From positions 3,100,001-3,164,000 of the forward strand of contig NC_087458.1 of the NCBI RefSeq assembly GCF_036321535.1: DNA of 64,000 nt. The letters are read 5' to 3'. This stretch comes from Camelus dromedarius (Eukaryota). The translations under genes and the position numbers were made by a program. The notes beneath the pieces are model-generated. The model saw nothing but the letters and a program-made list of their open reading frames with translations. It searched no databases and was not told the DNA's origin. Position 1 is the stretch's first letter. The number at the start of each line of letters is the position of its first letter. Shown piece by piece: positions 1-13,843 of the stretch.

Positions 1-559
1 CCCCGAACAGAAATAACGCTTCTCAATCCTCATGCTGAACATGCGTGGGTCCCTGCTAGCCGAACCTATTCTCTCTACTTTCGACATGTTTGAAATTTTC
101 CATGAAGAAGTTTTTTTGTTTTAAGTTACATCAGTCTGAGAAACACAGGTCAGGAGAATGTTAACCAAACTATGTACTGAACTGTGATCCAAATTAAAAG
201 TAGATTAGAAATCATCTATTACATTAGAAAATTACGGGGAAGGGGTACTTAGATTTATGAAGCACCTATGACGTGCCTGACACTGTTGCTATTCCTCTTA
301 ACCACTCTGTAAGGTGAAAATTGTTGCTTTTATTTCATAGATAAGAGTGTGAAGCAAGTTTTAAGTAAGAAGTTGCCTGCGGCAGATTTGATTTTCCAAA
401 GATGGCCACAACAAAATCTCCCAACCCATGTGCTCTTCTGCCCTCCACTCCACCCTCTTTGAATCGGGGGCGGGGGGGCTGTAATTTCTTTACCTGTAAA
501 ATACTGGGTCAATTCCAGACAAAGCCCTTAACTTCATAACGGCTTCTGCTTAATGACTC

Positions 560-855
560 TTAGAGCCTGAGCAACCACAAAAGTCTAGGCTATTCTGCTG
601 GGCAGAGACCACGCAGCGGAGCACTGAGACATCAGACAAGGGCTGCACTGTAAGAGGGAAAAACTATCTTGAAGGTCCATCCCAACAGAGCCTTCAGATG
701 GCTCCATCTCCATGTGTCTGAACGTAAACGCATGATCCCAAGTGAGAAGTGCCAGGCTGAACTCTGCAAACCCACAGAAACATGAAAAATAATAAAGTAT
801 TGTTTTAAGCCACTAAATTTTGAGGTGATTTTTTAAGGCAGTAACAGAAAACCAG
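560..855 (+). mobile_element. MaLR (MLT1-like) LTR fragment
   Basis: Ends in the typical MLT1 3' motif aataaagtattgttttaagccactaaattttgaggt. Left boundary approximate. Confidence 0.6.
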
Positions 856-3800
856 AACATTGCCCAAGGGATGAAAAAGAGATTTGAATTTTGGTCTTTC
901 TTGAATTCACAACTGTATATTCTTTTCGTTACACTATGTTGATTGAAAATAATTATCCTTTTAGACAAAGGAACAGAACTGTAATTTGCTGAGGACTGAA
1001 TGGAAAAGTTTATGGTAAGGCCAAATGAGGCCTCGGAAAATCCAGCAGCCATTCAGCCGTCTCCCTCTCTTACAGGGGAGCGTGACCCTGATGAACACAG
1101 TCCAGAGTCCGAGACCTTCACTCTTACAAGCTCAGAAATCTAACTTAGCACCTAGAGAAGAACTGTCTCTTAGAGGAAGATTCACATAAAACCAAATTCA
1201 GAGGCCGTATATATAAAACTTAGAATGCCAAATTAATTGCAGTGAAAGAGTTATCAACTGACCCATATACTTTTTACTATTCAGCACAGTCTTTCTCAGT
1301 AAGTAAATCTACCTGATTTGGGGCAGGGGGCAGGTGGTGCAAAACCAAGGAAATATGAATTAGGTGTCTGTTACATGTCTGGCACTATGGATATCTCTCT
1401 CTGCTTAAATATTAATCCATCAAACTTTACACCCATCCCTCCCCCCAAATATTGTCAATGTATACAGTCCCTACAGTCACTAAGTCTTACAAAAAAAATT
1501 TTCATTAGGTCATTTCTATCACCCTATCTATAAAAGAGAACCATAACAAGCCTAAGTTACTTACCCAGAACCACTGAAACAGGGACCCAGTTGTTTCCAT
1601 GAAACTAAGCTGCTTTCCCATAAGGTCTGAAATGTTTATTGTATACAACTCTAGTGAAGATACTCAGTAGCAGGTATACTTGAATAAACTGTTTCAGATG
1701 TTCTACTGCCTGTTTCATCTAAAAATACCCACAAGGAGAAACATTTTTCACTATTAACAGTCTGAATCAGAGACAACTCCCTAAGTACAGCTTAGTCCTG
1801 CCGCTTACCCAGGTAGAAGAACGGTACAGGAGGACATAAAGCAGTTGGAATACAAAAGAGAAAGGGAAAAGATAGTTTTAATGCATTTTGTTTTCCTTCT
1901 TATATTTCAAGGGGTTAATTATCACAAAATATGAAGTCTTGGTAGAACAATGACCTACAAGCCAGGAACTATTTATAATAAAGTCCCACACTGTGAAATC
2001 TACATACCCATGAACTTTAAGTGAATTTGTATCCAATATTTATTCAGAATATGAAATATCATATAAAGACCTACTATTTATTTCCTAATTCCACAGCTTT
2101 GCTCTTCTTCACTATCAACGTCGAAATCTAATCTAAAATAGAAGCCTACTTTCAATGTCGTTTGACAGAGTCAAAAATCTAAGATCACAATATTAAGTCA
2201 GTCACGTCCTATTGTTCACATTCTTTTTGAGTATCAGAGGCAAAACGGTTCAGAAACTCCTAATTAGAAGGATTATGAACACAAACTGTTTGAAACACAT
2301 CATAGCTCCTAGGCTAGAACACACCACACCCTGAATTTCATACCAACTCACATCTCTAACATCAAAGATACCACTTTTTTCTTGGGACTTTTCACATATT
2401 CCCCTATTATCCCTTTTCAAGCCAGGTTACACTTTCCCCCTTTTCAAAAACATCAAATGAACTCCAAAAGAAAGAGAAAAGAGAATTTCTGAGTTCTGTT
2501 CCCAATTCCACCATTACTTTCGTGGTCTTTGGGAAGACCTGTTTCTCCGTCGGTAAAACTAGAGCACAAATGCTGTCCTCATTTACTTGTCTCCCCTAAT
2601 TCTCCTTCGGGAAAACAAGAAGTCTCACACATTCAGTTCTTATTTTGAGGTTAAGTACTTAAGATTAGGATACTTAGAGAAGTTTGTTTTAAGTGCCTTA
2701 CTTCCCTAAGTGTGATTTTATTAGAACATACACTTTGTACATGATTTCAGTGACTTTTAATCCCATGTTATTTTTCTTTCCCCATCAAGCATGCTTTTAT
2801 TTCTGCACAACGCTTAGAATGTAGAGTTTAGAATATATATATATGCTGAATGAATGAATGTCGTCAGTTTATGTAAAAAGATAAAAACTTCCCCCAAACT
2901 ATGATGTACACAACAGAGCGCTCTAAAGGAGAACTTTCAGGATCATTTACCATTTTATATCTATGCCACTGGGTTGTGCCCCTTCCTGCTGCCTTTAGTG
3001 TAAGCAAGCAAAGAACACTATAACTAAATCTTTTCTGGATATATTGACTTTTTCTCTGATAATTCTTGTAGTCTTTTTTTTTTCCTTAGAAAATGTGGCT
3101 GATTGTCCATCTGATCAAGCTTATATCAAGTAACACTTTGTCTTGTGACCTGATTTTCTGCCTTGTCACACAATGAGCTAAAGAAGGTTGGTTGAGTATA
3201 CATTCCTGTTTGGAGTCCCTGATAATGTCAGTGTTTAGTCAGGGCCTGGAATGAAGGAACAGAATGATGAAGATTGTGAATGTTACTATTCTTAGGGAGT
3301 GAGACCATCATAATGGCAGTTTTATAGGCCTGGAACTGAATCACAGCTCTCCAAACAGTATTTAAATTGTATAGGTATCTTTGTTATAACAGTAAAACTA
3401 TGGCTTAATGGGGGTTTTTTTGGTTTGTTTGTTTTAATTGATTTTCTTCCTGATTAACAGCCAGGGGAACAATTGCTTAATATTTCTTGAGTTCAGAGAA
3501 TTAATTTATACTCAGGAACAGAAAACAGACATACTTCTGGAACCCTTTTATAGCACTAGAGTTGCAGGATAAGCTAGACCTATGTTACACTGCTAACCTT
3601 ATTAAAACCCTTGGGAACTCTTGAATCTGCTCAGCTAATACTTACTGTACATTAAAACAGAATGCTGCTAGTGGGGAACAGTTCTCAGAGCTTTCAGAGA
3701 AGCTGTTCCAGATCATAATCCTCAACTTGGCTCGAATAAAATTTTCCACTTCTAAAAATAAGTAAATAAGTAAAAATGCTAGTATAATAGTAAAACAAGT

Positions 3801-5760
3801 CTCCCTAATTGAATCAGCACCTACACTTGGTACAGAATAATAAACCAACAATTTTTGTGATTAGTAAAATAATGCCGAAAAATTTAGGGAATTAAACACT
3901 TTCAGGATTCTTACTTGTTAATATTACTTCCAACCACTTTTTTAAACTAAAACATGCAAATTAAGAATAGCAGTGAAAGCTAATTTGCCTTTTACATGTT
4001 ATTAAACAAAAAGTAAGCATACCGTTGCAAACAGTTTTCACACTATATCAGTAATCAAAATAACAGTAATTTTTTTCAAATCAATAGGCTTAAGGTACAA
4101 AATTTCCATTCCTCAACCTAACTTGTCTTAGCTAGGAACACTAATGCCTCTAAACATTCAGCAATGACCATATTACAAGATCAGAACCTAATAACTGGCT
4201 CTATAAAATAAAATCAATGACTCAACAGCTTAGTAAGTTTATTTGAGAACAAAGTACCTTTTAAATTACAGGAGATTCACTAGAAGCAGCTAAGTTCCAC
4301 TCAACAAATTCAGCTACAAATGATAAGTAAGGGTGGTGAGGAAATGAGAAATGTAGAGCATATAGGAGGAACTGTCTAAAGGAAGAGTAAATCAAATCTG
4401 AAGGACAAAGACTGAATCTTGCCATATGTGAAAAGCTCTGTGCTAAAGTAGTAAATAATAAGCAAGAGTAAAGAAAAGTGAATGATAAAACAGGAAAATG
4501 TTTTCCTGTATGAGTAGAAGTCATTCTCAATGAGGACAATACAATCATCTACAGGACATTTTGGACATCTACTGAAGTGTTTTGGTTGTCACAGCCATTA
4601 AGAAATGCTACTAACATTTAATGGGCAGTGTCCATAAAAGCATAGGAAACTCTAGCACAAAGAAATGTTCCTATTCTTAAACTTCGTATGGATAGGTAAG
4701 TAGATAAAAAAAAAAAAATCTTCATAATTATCGGAGCTTAGGACCTAACTCCATTCTATATAAAAAGTCACATCTTTCTGCATAATTTTAATATGCACTA
4801 TTGTCCAGAAAAACAACCACTGAATAAAGCAAGAGAAAATTATGTTATATTTGTACCTTTACCAAATATACTTTATTTGTTCACCATTCTGGTGGCTTGC
4901 CTCTCATGGTATTTAAATCACAAATACCCTTATACCAGTCTACTTGGGTAGCTGTTACGCCTATGTTTTGTGCCAATCTCTACTACATTATATATATCTT
5001 TCTGTTATGAACAACTGAGCATTTACACATTGAAATGTATATTATTTTGTCATGAGTTATTTTCTTTTTATTTATCCTTTTATCTTAAAGCTAGAGAATT
5101 ACTTAGGGTTTTTTTTTTTAACGTATGTGTACAAAACTTATGTTACTATCTTTAATGAAATGAAATTCTTAGGTATTTCAAAATGTTTATTATAAAAAGA
5201 GGGCACTGGGTCTGACAGGTATGAGACCCACTGGACTAGAATGTCAGCATCATTGTAGGATACCCACAGGTACCCGCAGGTCTCAGTCAACCCAAAAAAG
5301 ACAGGAAAGAACAGGATTAACTACAGGATTTTTTTTTCTTTCTTTTGAAAATGTAAGTTTTAAGCATGCTGAAAAGTAAATATAGTGAAAGCTTTATTGG
5401 AAGATGGTCCTCTAGGTTTAAAGTCTATTCCAATCTGCATAGCATCAAAGGGAGTGGCAAGGATATAAACATAGGATACCTTGTCTACTAAGAATTTAGT
5501 GACACTTGTTGAAATCGTCAAGGAGAAAGATTACCTACCTTAACAGATTTTCAAGGAAAACAAAACTGGCTTATTTTGGGAAAAAAGTCTGGACAATAGA
5601 AGAAAAGCATTTAAAATCATCAGAGCCACTTCTATTTGTTACATGCACATCTGGAGACCTCTAAGGAATTTTGAACTAACAACTGAACTTGAAAAAAGAT
5701 TTTTAAAAAATCTTTCAGAATCTAACCCGAACTTCTGTATGTGAAACTTTAAGAACTATC

Positions 5761-6152
5761 TAGCCAGAAAGAGAAAGAAAAATACCACATGATGTCACTT
5801 ACATGTGGAATCTAAAGAAAAGACACAAATGAACTTATTTACAAAACAGAAACAGACTCACGACATAGAAAACAAACTTATGGTTACCAGAGGGGTTAGG
5901 GAGTGGGGAGGGATAAACTGGGGGTTCGAGATTTGCAGATACTAACTAATATATATAAAATAGATAAACAACAAGGTTATACCATATAGCACAGGGAACT
6001 ATATTCAATATCTTGTAGTAACATGGTGGAAAAGGATATGAAAATGAATATATGTATGCTCATGTATGATTGAAGCATTATGCTGTACACCAGAAATTGA
6101 CACAACATTGTAAACTGACTAGACCTCAATAAAATATATATATAAAATAAAA
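5761..6152 (+). mobile_element. 5'-truncated young L1 (3'UTR only) with 10-bp TSD
   Basis: L1 3'UTR text ending gctgtacaccagaaattgacacaacattgtaaactgact...aataaa plus an A-rich tail. TSD AAGAACTATC at 5751-5760 and 6153-6162, target TTT|AAGA. Confidence 0.9.
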
Positions 6153-6964
6153 AAGAACTATCAAAAATGTTTCTACTATGATAAAGACCTTATTTTTCTA
6201 CAAATAAGAACTGCTCATTCCTACACCTTTCAATCAAAGATTACACAGTTCCGTTGCTCTGAATGCTCACTCAAGCTTCCGATAGGCACACCTCAGTATT
6301 ATCTTATGGTGGGATACACTAAGGTAAACTGAGAGGGTCAGATGAGTCAACTCCAGCAACATGGAGAATCAGTATTAGAATACGGATTGACAACTTCAAT
6401 TCACCCACTTGACCAAGAGCTTGAAGAAACTAAAAGTGTAAGCACAAAATCTCCTAAACTCATGAAAACTGTCAAGAGCTATAAGAGAAACACAGAAAGT
6501 AAAACTTGATTAATGCTAAGATGAGCTAAAGAAAAACTAAAAGTTAGACTTGTCTGCTTTCTACTTTGTTTTCAAACTAGAATTTCCAGATGTCTTACCA
6601 AGTTACATGTGGTGTTACTACCTCAATCAATTCCCAACTGACAAAAAAATTTGGACACTTTTAGAAGTTGCCCCACAGTGTGAAACGTGAGAGGAGTAAT
6701 CCAATTCCTCTGGTCTCAGCAACCACAGGGAGGGAAAGTGACCCCAGCAGACACTGCTGTAATGGAACAGCAGCCACGTAACCACTATTCGGAAGAATCC
6801 CTTCAGTCCTCCCATTAGGAGTTTGGCTAAAATTATATGCTCTCAATTATCTTACTGAAAATTCTCAAAAGGATCCCAAAATTAGAAATCAAAGCTACAC
6901 CAGAACAAAACCTGAAGCACCACTGACACAAGAAGACAATGACTATCCCTTTATCTTTCCACAC

Positions 6965-7187
6965 CAGGTTCCTGAACCTCAGCACTCTAGACATTTTAGG
7001 CCCAATAACTATTTGCTGTGGGCGGCTGCTCTGTCCACAGTAGCAGGTCTAAAAAGCATCCCTGGCCTCTATCCACCAGATGCCAGAAACAGCTCTTCCC
7101 TTCCCCCTCGTTGTGACCATCAGAAATGCCTACAGACTGCCAAATGTCCTCCTAAGAAGCAAAACTGCTCCCAGTTGAGAACCACTG
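6965..7187 (-). mobile_element. MER20 (hAT-Charlie) DNA transposon, near full length
   Basis: Reverse complement matches the MER20 layout CAGTGGTTCTCAAC...GGACATTTGGCAG...GAGGCCAGGGATGCT...GGCCTAAAATGTC...CCTG. Confidence 0.8.
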
Positions 7188-10100
7188 CTCTATACTATCT
7201 CCTTTATTGCTCAATATTAAGCTGTGGAGAGATGAAAAGAAGTTCGCATCCACAGGATTCTTAATCTCAGACCCCTTCTAATTTGACTACAGAGAATAAG
7301 AAACAATCCACATCTTCTTTTCTCTTCTAATAAAATGGCTATCTGAGAGACCTTAGCATCCTCTCCCTGAACATAAGTAAAGGTCATAAAAAACCAAGTA
7401 AACATAAAGAAACACAAAGTGTAAGCAACCAGCTGGTACTTCCCCCCACAAAATACAAGGAATTTCATCTGCAGTGAGTTTAAGATTTTTACTCTTCCTC
7501 ATACTGAAAAAAAAAAAAAAAAATCCCATAGATTTCCCCAAGACATACATGTCTATTTATCAGTAGAATTTCAAGACCAGAACTAGCTTCTACACATATA
7601 AGAATACATATTTCTTACTTCTGGATCCTTGCAGGAAATACATTACTGACACTCTATGTTCAAACATGGTAGCACCTGCATTTTGTACCACTGAAGCCTT
7701 TTAGATAAAGATCTCATACCACTAAAGCCACTACTTTTTAAGTAAAACTAAAGGGTATTGAATTCATGGTATCATTCAAGAAAGTCAATAAATTACTGCT
7801 ATATAACATCAAAAAGATGCTATATAATCAAGCAGACCTTTTAGTTAAGTCACCAACAACAGAATTTAAGAAATCTAGTAAGTAAAACCTTTAAAACCCG
7901 GCTCAAATCACTAAATTCCTTCCCCCAATTCAACAAACTACTAAAATTACTTAGACATGGCTCTGGGATCTTCTAAAAAATTATGCAACTTTAAAAAGCA
8001 AAGTCAGTGAGCTTAAGAGTTTTAGGAGTCACAGTCTTTAAGAAATCTACTTTTTAGCTACTCTCAGAGGATGGTTAGAAAGTCTTCCTGTATCAGAGTC
8101 ATTACAAGTACAGCACAATGACAATGACTTATACAGCATCTGATGAAGACCCAAACTGGGTAACATTTCTTACTGATGAGGATGACATCTTATTAGATCA
8201 AAGGTGATACAATAAGGAGACCTAAGGGGGAGAGAAGCCTGCTTACTTCCTTCAGGCAGAGCCTCAGAGGTGAGCAATACACTGGCAGCCCTTAATTAGA
8301 CTACTCTCCTGTCTGGATTTGGATACTCTGATCTCCCTAAAACACTTAAGAACCACCCTAATTTCATCAATACCAAAAGTAGTTTATTCTGCATGTGATT
8401 TATCTCACGTGTTTAATGACTACTGAATTTAATCTCTTAAGGTAATATTCCCTGACCTTGATTTAAAAGTCAGGGAGGGTGGTGTGGCAATGGAAAGACA
8501 CCTTTACATTCCACGACATGGCCCTCCAGGGCACAACCCAGTCACCCCTCAGTGTAGCACAGTAACTCCACCAGTCTCGGCTTCACAGCGGCTCTCAACA
8601 GGATAGTCAGGTGAGGCAGAAGCTTCTGCTGTGTTTTGAAAATAGTTTTAAGTTACTTATATATTTCTTCTGTCATCTGGTGACCAAAAAATATACAATG
8701 CTATTTTACCTAATTATATATAAACTTGAAATCCTACAGTTTCAGACCATATAATCAAAATCTCTTATTTTAAAATCCAAGTTTAACACTTCCTAAATTT
8801 TACGAAAATTATTTTCACTATAAATAGGAAAACACTCTTAATAAGAAGAAATTCCTAAGTCAATATTCACTTCTAAAATGCAGACTCTTTTTGAAGCCTA
8901 ATGATAACAGTATCACTGAATATATTTTTATTCTAAAATTCCCTCCACTATTTCCCCTCATCTCTTAGTTTCTTCTTTAAAAAAAAAAAAAAACTTTTAT
9001 CTTCCTATCTGGGAGGATTGAAATCAAAAACACACAAAGCTAAGGTGGACAGATCAGGATTAGCCGTAAGGAGTGTTATTTCATCAAATCAAATTAATTC
9101 AGCCGAATGTGTCTTAACCTACATAGCATTAGACATACTCCAATCTCTCTCAAAAGTTATAACCAAAATTATTTTTTTAATACAGACATTAAAGCTAGCT
9201 GGGTCTGTGAATCTTTCTTAGTTAGGCTGACAAGAAAACCAATAGACAAACATCTAAGGGCAGCTTTCGGGATGAACACTAGGTAGGCTATTGCCTGCAC
9301 ACACTTACATATGTAAAATGAAATACTACAACCTAGAGACTGGGGAAAGGAGAAGAAATAAGAGTTGTAAAACCTTGCAGCCTAGTCCCAAGGAACATAA
9401 TTATGGTTCAGTTTGGTAAATAAACTGGCAAGAGATGAGCCAGCTCTGCAGCAGTCCCTCCCACTGACCGGGTGAAGAAACCTGCCCAGCAATAGCTAAC
9501 TAGAAGCTGCTGTAAAACTTAGCACCAGCCTCTGGTGTTCAGAGAGGACAACACTTATGGGTAAGGGAGTCAGCAAGAGAGTAAGCAGCCTCTTGAGGTA
9601 CAACTTGACTCAAGACAAAGAAAAACTTTATTCCAGATCGCCTAGGTGTGGCTATCCTCAGAAAGACATCCAGGTTTCCTGCAACACGGATCCAGCTGAA
9701 GAAACAATGCATGCCTAATGTATGCTGAGTACTCATAGTGAGGGAATCTCAAGTTCACATAAAATATTATTTTTAAAAAAGCTTTTCAATGTTGTCCAAT
9801 ATACATGAAAATCATATTACTGACTAACCAGTGTTGAGTTGGTTTTTCAGCAGCAGAGAGAGATTTGTACTGAACCAGCCAGTTACCAACCTGGCCACTC
9901 CTACAACCAACATCTCAAGATGACAGTCTAGGGTTAAGGAAGTAGAGATGGCCTTGAAACAAGATGAAACTCACTGTCTCACCTACAAATCGAAACTACA
10001 CTGACCTCACTGTACCTTCTAAGTATGCACAGCAACAGTGATTTACTAAATGTTTCTCCCATTTCCTCGGCTCACGCTTCCTTTCCTACCTCAGTCTATG

Positions 10101-11949
10101 CTATTCTCCTCAATCTGAATTCCACCTATCCTTCAAAACTCATTTTATATCAGAAAAAAAAATCATGTTAATCCCATCTCATCTGTCACTTCTTCCCCAA
10201 CTTCACATCACCAAGCTGTGATACCTCCCTCTCTCTGAATTCTAAAGCATATACTATCCGTCCTCATTCACCTTAGTTGTGACTTTTTCCAACAAAACTG
10301 TAAGGTGCTTAAGGACGGGAACCACATATTCCTCAGTATCGCCTCTAGGACATTCAGCTGAGAACCTTGGGTGTCTGGAGGAAATATTCAGTTATATTTA
10401 TTTGTGTTGGGCCTCAATTTACAAATCAGGCATGACAGATAATAAATCAGACTAAAAAGATCAATAACTTCTCCTCCAGACATCAAACAGGCTTAGAAAA
10501 AATACCTAGAAAGTCTTTCAAATTACCCCTTTTCAAGAGCATTTTGAAGTGAGGGCTCAAGGTGGTAAAAAGTAAAGATATAATAAGTTCTGGAAGGTTA
10601 GACTGTTTTCTCACTCCTAAAGCCAAATATTGAACAGCAACTTAAAGATCAGAAGATCTAAGGCCACACTGTTCAACAGGGCATCACATTCAACATGTCA
10701 CTGGTCACACACATACTGGCTGAATTCCAGACTCCCACTCTGTGGTAAGAGAGAGTTCTGGAGGCTCTGATGTCTGCTGGCAAAAAACAAGGCACCTGCT
10801 TTTCTCAGCCCTGAAGCATGGCAAAAAGCACACAGACACACACACACACAGAGCCGAACCAGCAAGCGAAACTTAAAAGAGTATGTAGATGAAACTAGAA
10901 CTATGAAGTTGGGGGCAAAAAGAGACGAAAGAAAATGCTGGAAAAGCACAACTTTTAGGTGAAAAGCCTAAAATAACCTTTAGGCACTTGTCACTGGACT
11001 CCATTTGTGTCTCTAGGGAATAAGATATACAGATCACACTTTAGTAGGCTCTCCCACAGATTGCCACTATAAACAGAGAGGTAAGTTGTGACACAGGAAC
11101 CCTGTCTTAAGGCTGAACACAGATACTTCTAAGGAAAGGAACAACCATAACTAGTTCTAAAGATGGTTGGCCAAAGGCAGGATTAACATTCACCTGCGTG
11201 GGCCTCCCTGCAGTGGCTATAACTCAACCCCAAGCAGCCTCTGAGTTCGGGGTGCTGTAGCTGGCTAGCCTGCTGCAGAAGCACTTTTTTCACAGCCATA
11301 GATAGCACTGCCTCTCTAGGGGCTAACGCAGTCTGGCAGAAACTAGTGAAAATCAATTTTACGTCAGTCCCTAGCATTCTGTCCCAGATCTTTTTATTAA
11401 GTGAAGGAGGGTGGGGGGAGGGTAAGGCAGGTGGTGCTAAAGACACTGGCAGCATGACAACCAAAATAACCAAGTTGAAACAATCTGTTCTGCCTTCTTC
11501 CTAAAGCCATTTCCTTCAGGAGTGACAGGGAGCGCAGGCAGTCTGCAAGTCATTAGTACACTGCTGTTTTCACTTTCACAAGAACCCTGGAAACTCCTGA
11601 ATAGCAAAATCTCCCTCTCCACCCCGGGTACCTTTAAACCCTCTCTTTGCACGCTTTCTTCCTCCTTCCCTAGAGACAACCGAATAAGGACAATCCTCCG
11701 CAATCCGCTATTTTGCTTCAATGAGGATGGGGGGTGGGGGAGGATCTGGTGAAAAGTGTAAAAGGAAATAGAGAAAGGTGAGAAGCAACAGCAGAAAGAG
11801 TATCGAGTGGGGGAAAGAGAGGTCATCGTGGGAAGGAGACAAGGTGAAGAAGGGTGCAAGAAAATGAGCGGAGGTGTCACAGGAGAACTTGCTAAGGAAG
11901 ACCAAAAAAAAAGGAAGGGGGCAGATAGAGAGGGGAGAGAGGCAGGTGG

Positions 11950-12800
11950 AGCAACCGAGTGGGAAAACAGGCAGGGCGGGAGTTCCGGGGCCAGCGGCCG
12001 GACACCGCGGGCAGCAGGTTCTTGGCCGACCGAGGTCAGGGGAAGCGGGGCTGTGCGGGAAGCCGCAGACCCGTTCTGGGGCAGCGGGGCAAGGAAGCCA
12101 CGCCGGCGCCCGAGCGCAGAGGACACGGGGGCTCTTACCGGTAGTTTGGGGCTGACCTCGCCCTTGCAAAAGTGGCAGAAAAACCGGTGCGCGGGGACCG
12201 CCGCCCCGGCTCCGGCCGCCGAGGCCTCCGCCATTTTTCTCTTCCGCCGCCGCCGTCCGAGGGGGCAGCCGGCCGGGCGCTCGCCAGGCCGCTCCCTCCC
12301 CGCTGCAGCCGCCGCCTCAGCCGCCTCAGCCGCCCCTGCCGCCGCCGCCGCCGCTTCCTCAGGGCGGCCGGCCGGCCGCTCCAGAGCCCGAGCGGGTCAC
12401 GTGAGTCCGCCGGGCCCAGAGAGGCGGCGGCGCGGACCGCGACCCCGAGGCCCGCCTCCCGGCACCAAAGAGGCGCAGGAAGGAGAGTCCGCCCGCCCGC
12501 CCTCCGGCTCCTCACACAGCCCCTCGCCGGTCTTCCAGCCTCCCAACGAGAAGAGAGAGAGAGCGTCCCCGGAAACCACCGAAACGCTGGGGTAGAGCGG
12601 CACACGTTCTTCCTCCTACCCGGCCCTTCTCGGGGGCCGTGCTCCAGCGTGGGAGGACATTGGGCTCCCCCTCCGCCCCGGCGGCAGGCAGGAGCCGTGC
12701 GAGGCCGCCGTGGGGAGCTCGGCGGCGCCAGATCGCGTTGACCCAGAGGTTAGTGGAAAATGCGGTGTGAACCAGGCGGCCCTGTCTCTGGACCGAGGGA
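11950..12800. promoter_or_regulatory. CpG island / bidirectional promoter shared by RNF115 (-) and POLR3C (+)
   Basis: Very GC- and CpG-rich, with head-to-head genes. Candidate POLR3C non-coding exon 1 donor CAGAG|GTTAGT at 12748/12749 (tentative). Boundaries approximate. Confidence 0.85.
12139..12234 (-). CDS. RNF115: RNF115 (BCA2/Rabring7) E3 ligase, coding exon 1; the rest of the gene lies left of the window
   Basis: ATG at 12234 gives MAEASAAGAGAAVPAHRFFCHFCKGEVSPKLP (32 aa, first half of the BZF zinc finger, CHFC), then donor CCG|GTAAGA at 12138. No exon 2 found in 1-12138, which is therefore intron 1. Confidence 0.96.
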
Positions 12801-13379
12801 TCCAGTCCGGAACCAGAACCTGCGGGAAGGGAGTGAAGAACCAGGAGCCACGCTCCTTAGAATTCCTATTCAGGGATGGCAGAGGGTCTGGGGATGCTTT
12901 CCCAGAGACCTGTGGACGGGGGATACTGAGGCTGAAAGGCAAAGTCTTGGCTTCTGAGGAATTGAGAGAAATAAATGAACAAACCAGTGTTTGGCAGCAC
13001 TCGTGGTAATAAGGAAGTGATTATATAGTGAACTGTGCCTGTTTCTGCTTGTGTCTGCTTTGTCAAGGAATAAAAATGTTAGAATTAAACACTTCCCTGC
13101 CAACAACATACTTCATCTCCTTTTTTTAACACCCTGTTGAAAGGTCTCCTATACCTCTTAATTTCTTTTGCTAAGTTATTATTTCCATTACGGGCTGGGA
13201 ATGGCGCTGTCTCCCAATGTTCACTCCCAGGGGGATGTGAATAGTGGCCTTAATTCCTCCAAACAATGAAGCATAGAATCTAAGTTCTGTGACAGATCAC
13301 AGATTCATCTCACCCAATCTTTAAAGAAAATTAGAATCACACATAATCCCATAAAGGTAAATCTGATATGTATAGTTTC

Positions 13380-13780
13380 CCAGTCTTTTTTTCTATTCGT
13401 ATGTATTTTTCTTTCTTGCACAATACTTGAACTTTCCTTTCCATTTTGCTTTGTAGCCTGCTTCTTTCACTTAATGAAGTTTTCTACACTAATACGTATT
13501 ATACTTCATTGTCAATGTTGGCGTAGTACCCCATTGTATGAATATACCATACTTTATTGAAATAATCCCTTATTGCTAGACATTAGATTGTTCCCAGTAT
13601 ATGTCAGTATTCTGAAGAGAATCGCACTGGCATATTTTCATTATTTCCTTGGAGCAGAGTATCCAAAACAAAATTATTGGGTCAAAGATACGCAAGGTTT
13701 TAAGGCTTTTGATGTATCTGCTGTCACATTGCCCTCCAGAAAGTACATGAATTTACACTCCACATCTCCACTTCCACCAT
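13380..13780 (-). mobile_element. Old L1M fragment in POLR3C intron 1
   Basis: Degenerate antisense L1 motifs (ccattgtatgaatataccat, ttattgggtcaaag, attgccctccagaaag). Boundaries approximate. Confidence 0.55.
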
Positions 13781-13843
13781 AAAAGAGAAACTTCCCATCA
13801 TACAGTTTTTCTTTTCCCCCTAGCTCTGAGATTCCTCAGTACA

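Noticed and set aside
7493-7523. Strong-looking cryptic acceptor (T17-CAG) on the RNF115 sense strand in intron 1
   Set aside because: No convincing downstream donor and no recognisable peptide. Poly-T plus AG arises often by chance.
10179-10195. Minus-strand GAAGAAGTGACAGATGA (EEVTD), resembling RNF115 exon 2
   Set aside because: No flanking YICPRC codons or proper splice sites, and it sits in L2-like sequence. Treated as a chance match.
11437-12741. Overlapping 150-265 aa ORFs on both strands around RNF115 exon 1
   Set aside because: These reflect stop-codon scarcity in a CpG island plus read-through of exon 1 into the intron. They are low complexity, and only the first 32 codons of the 265-aa ORF are real.
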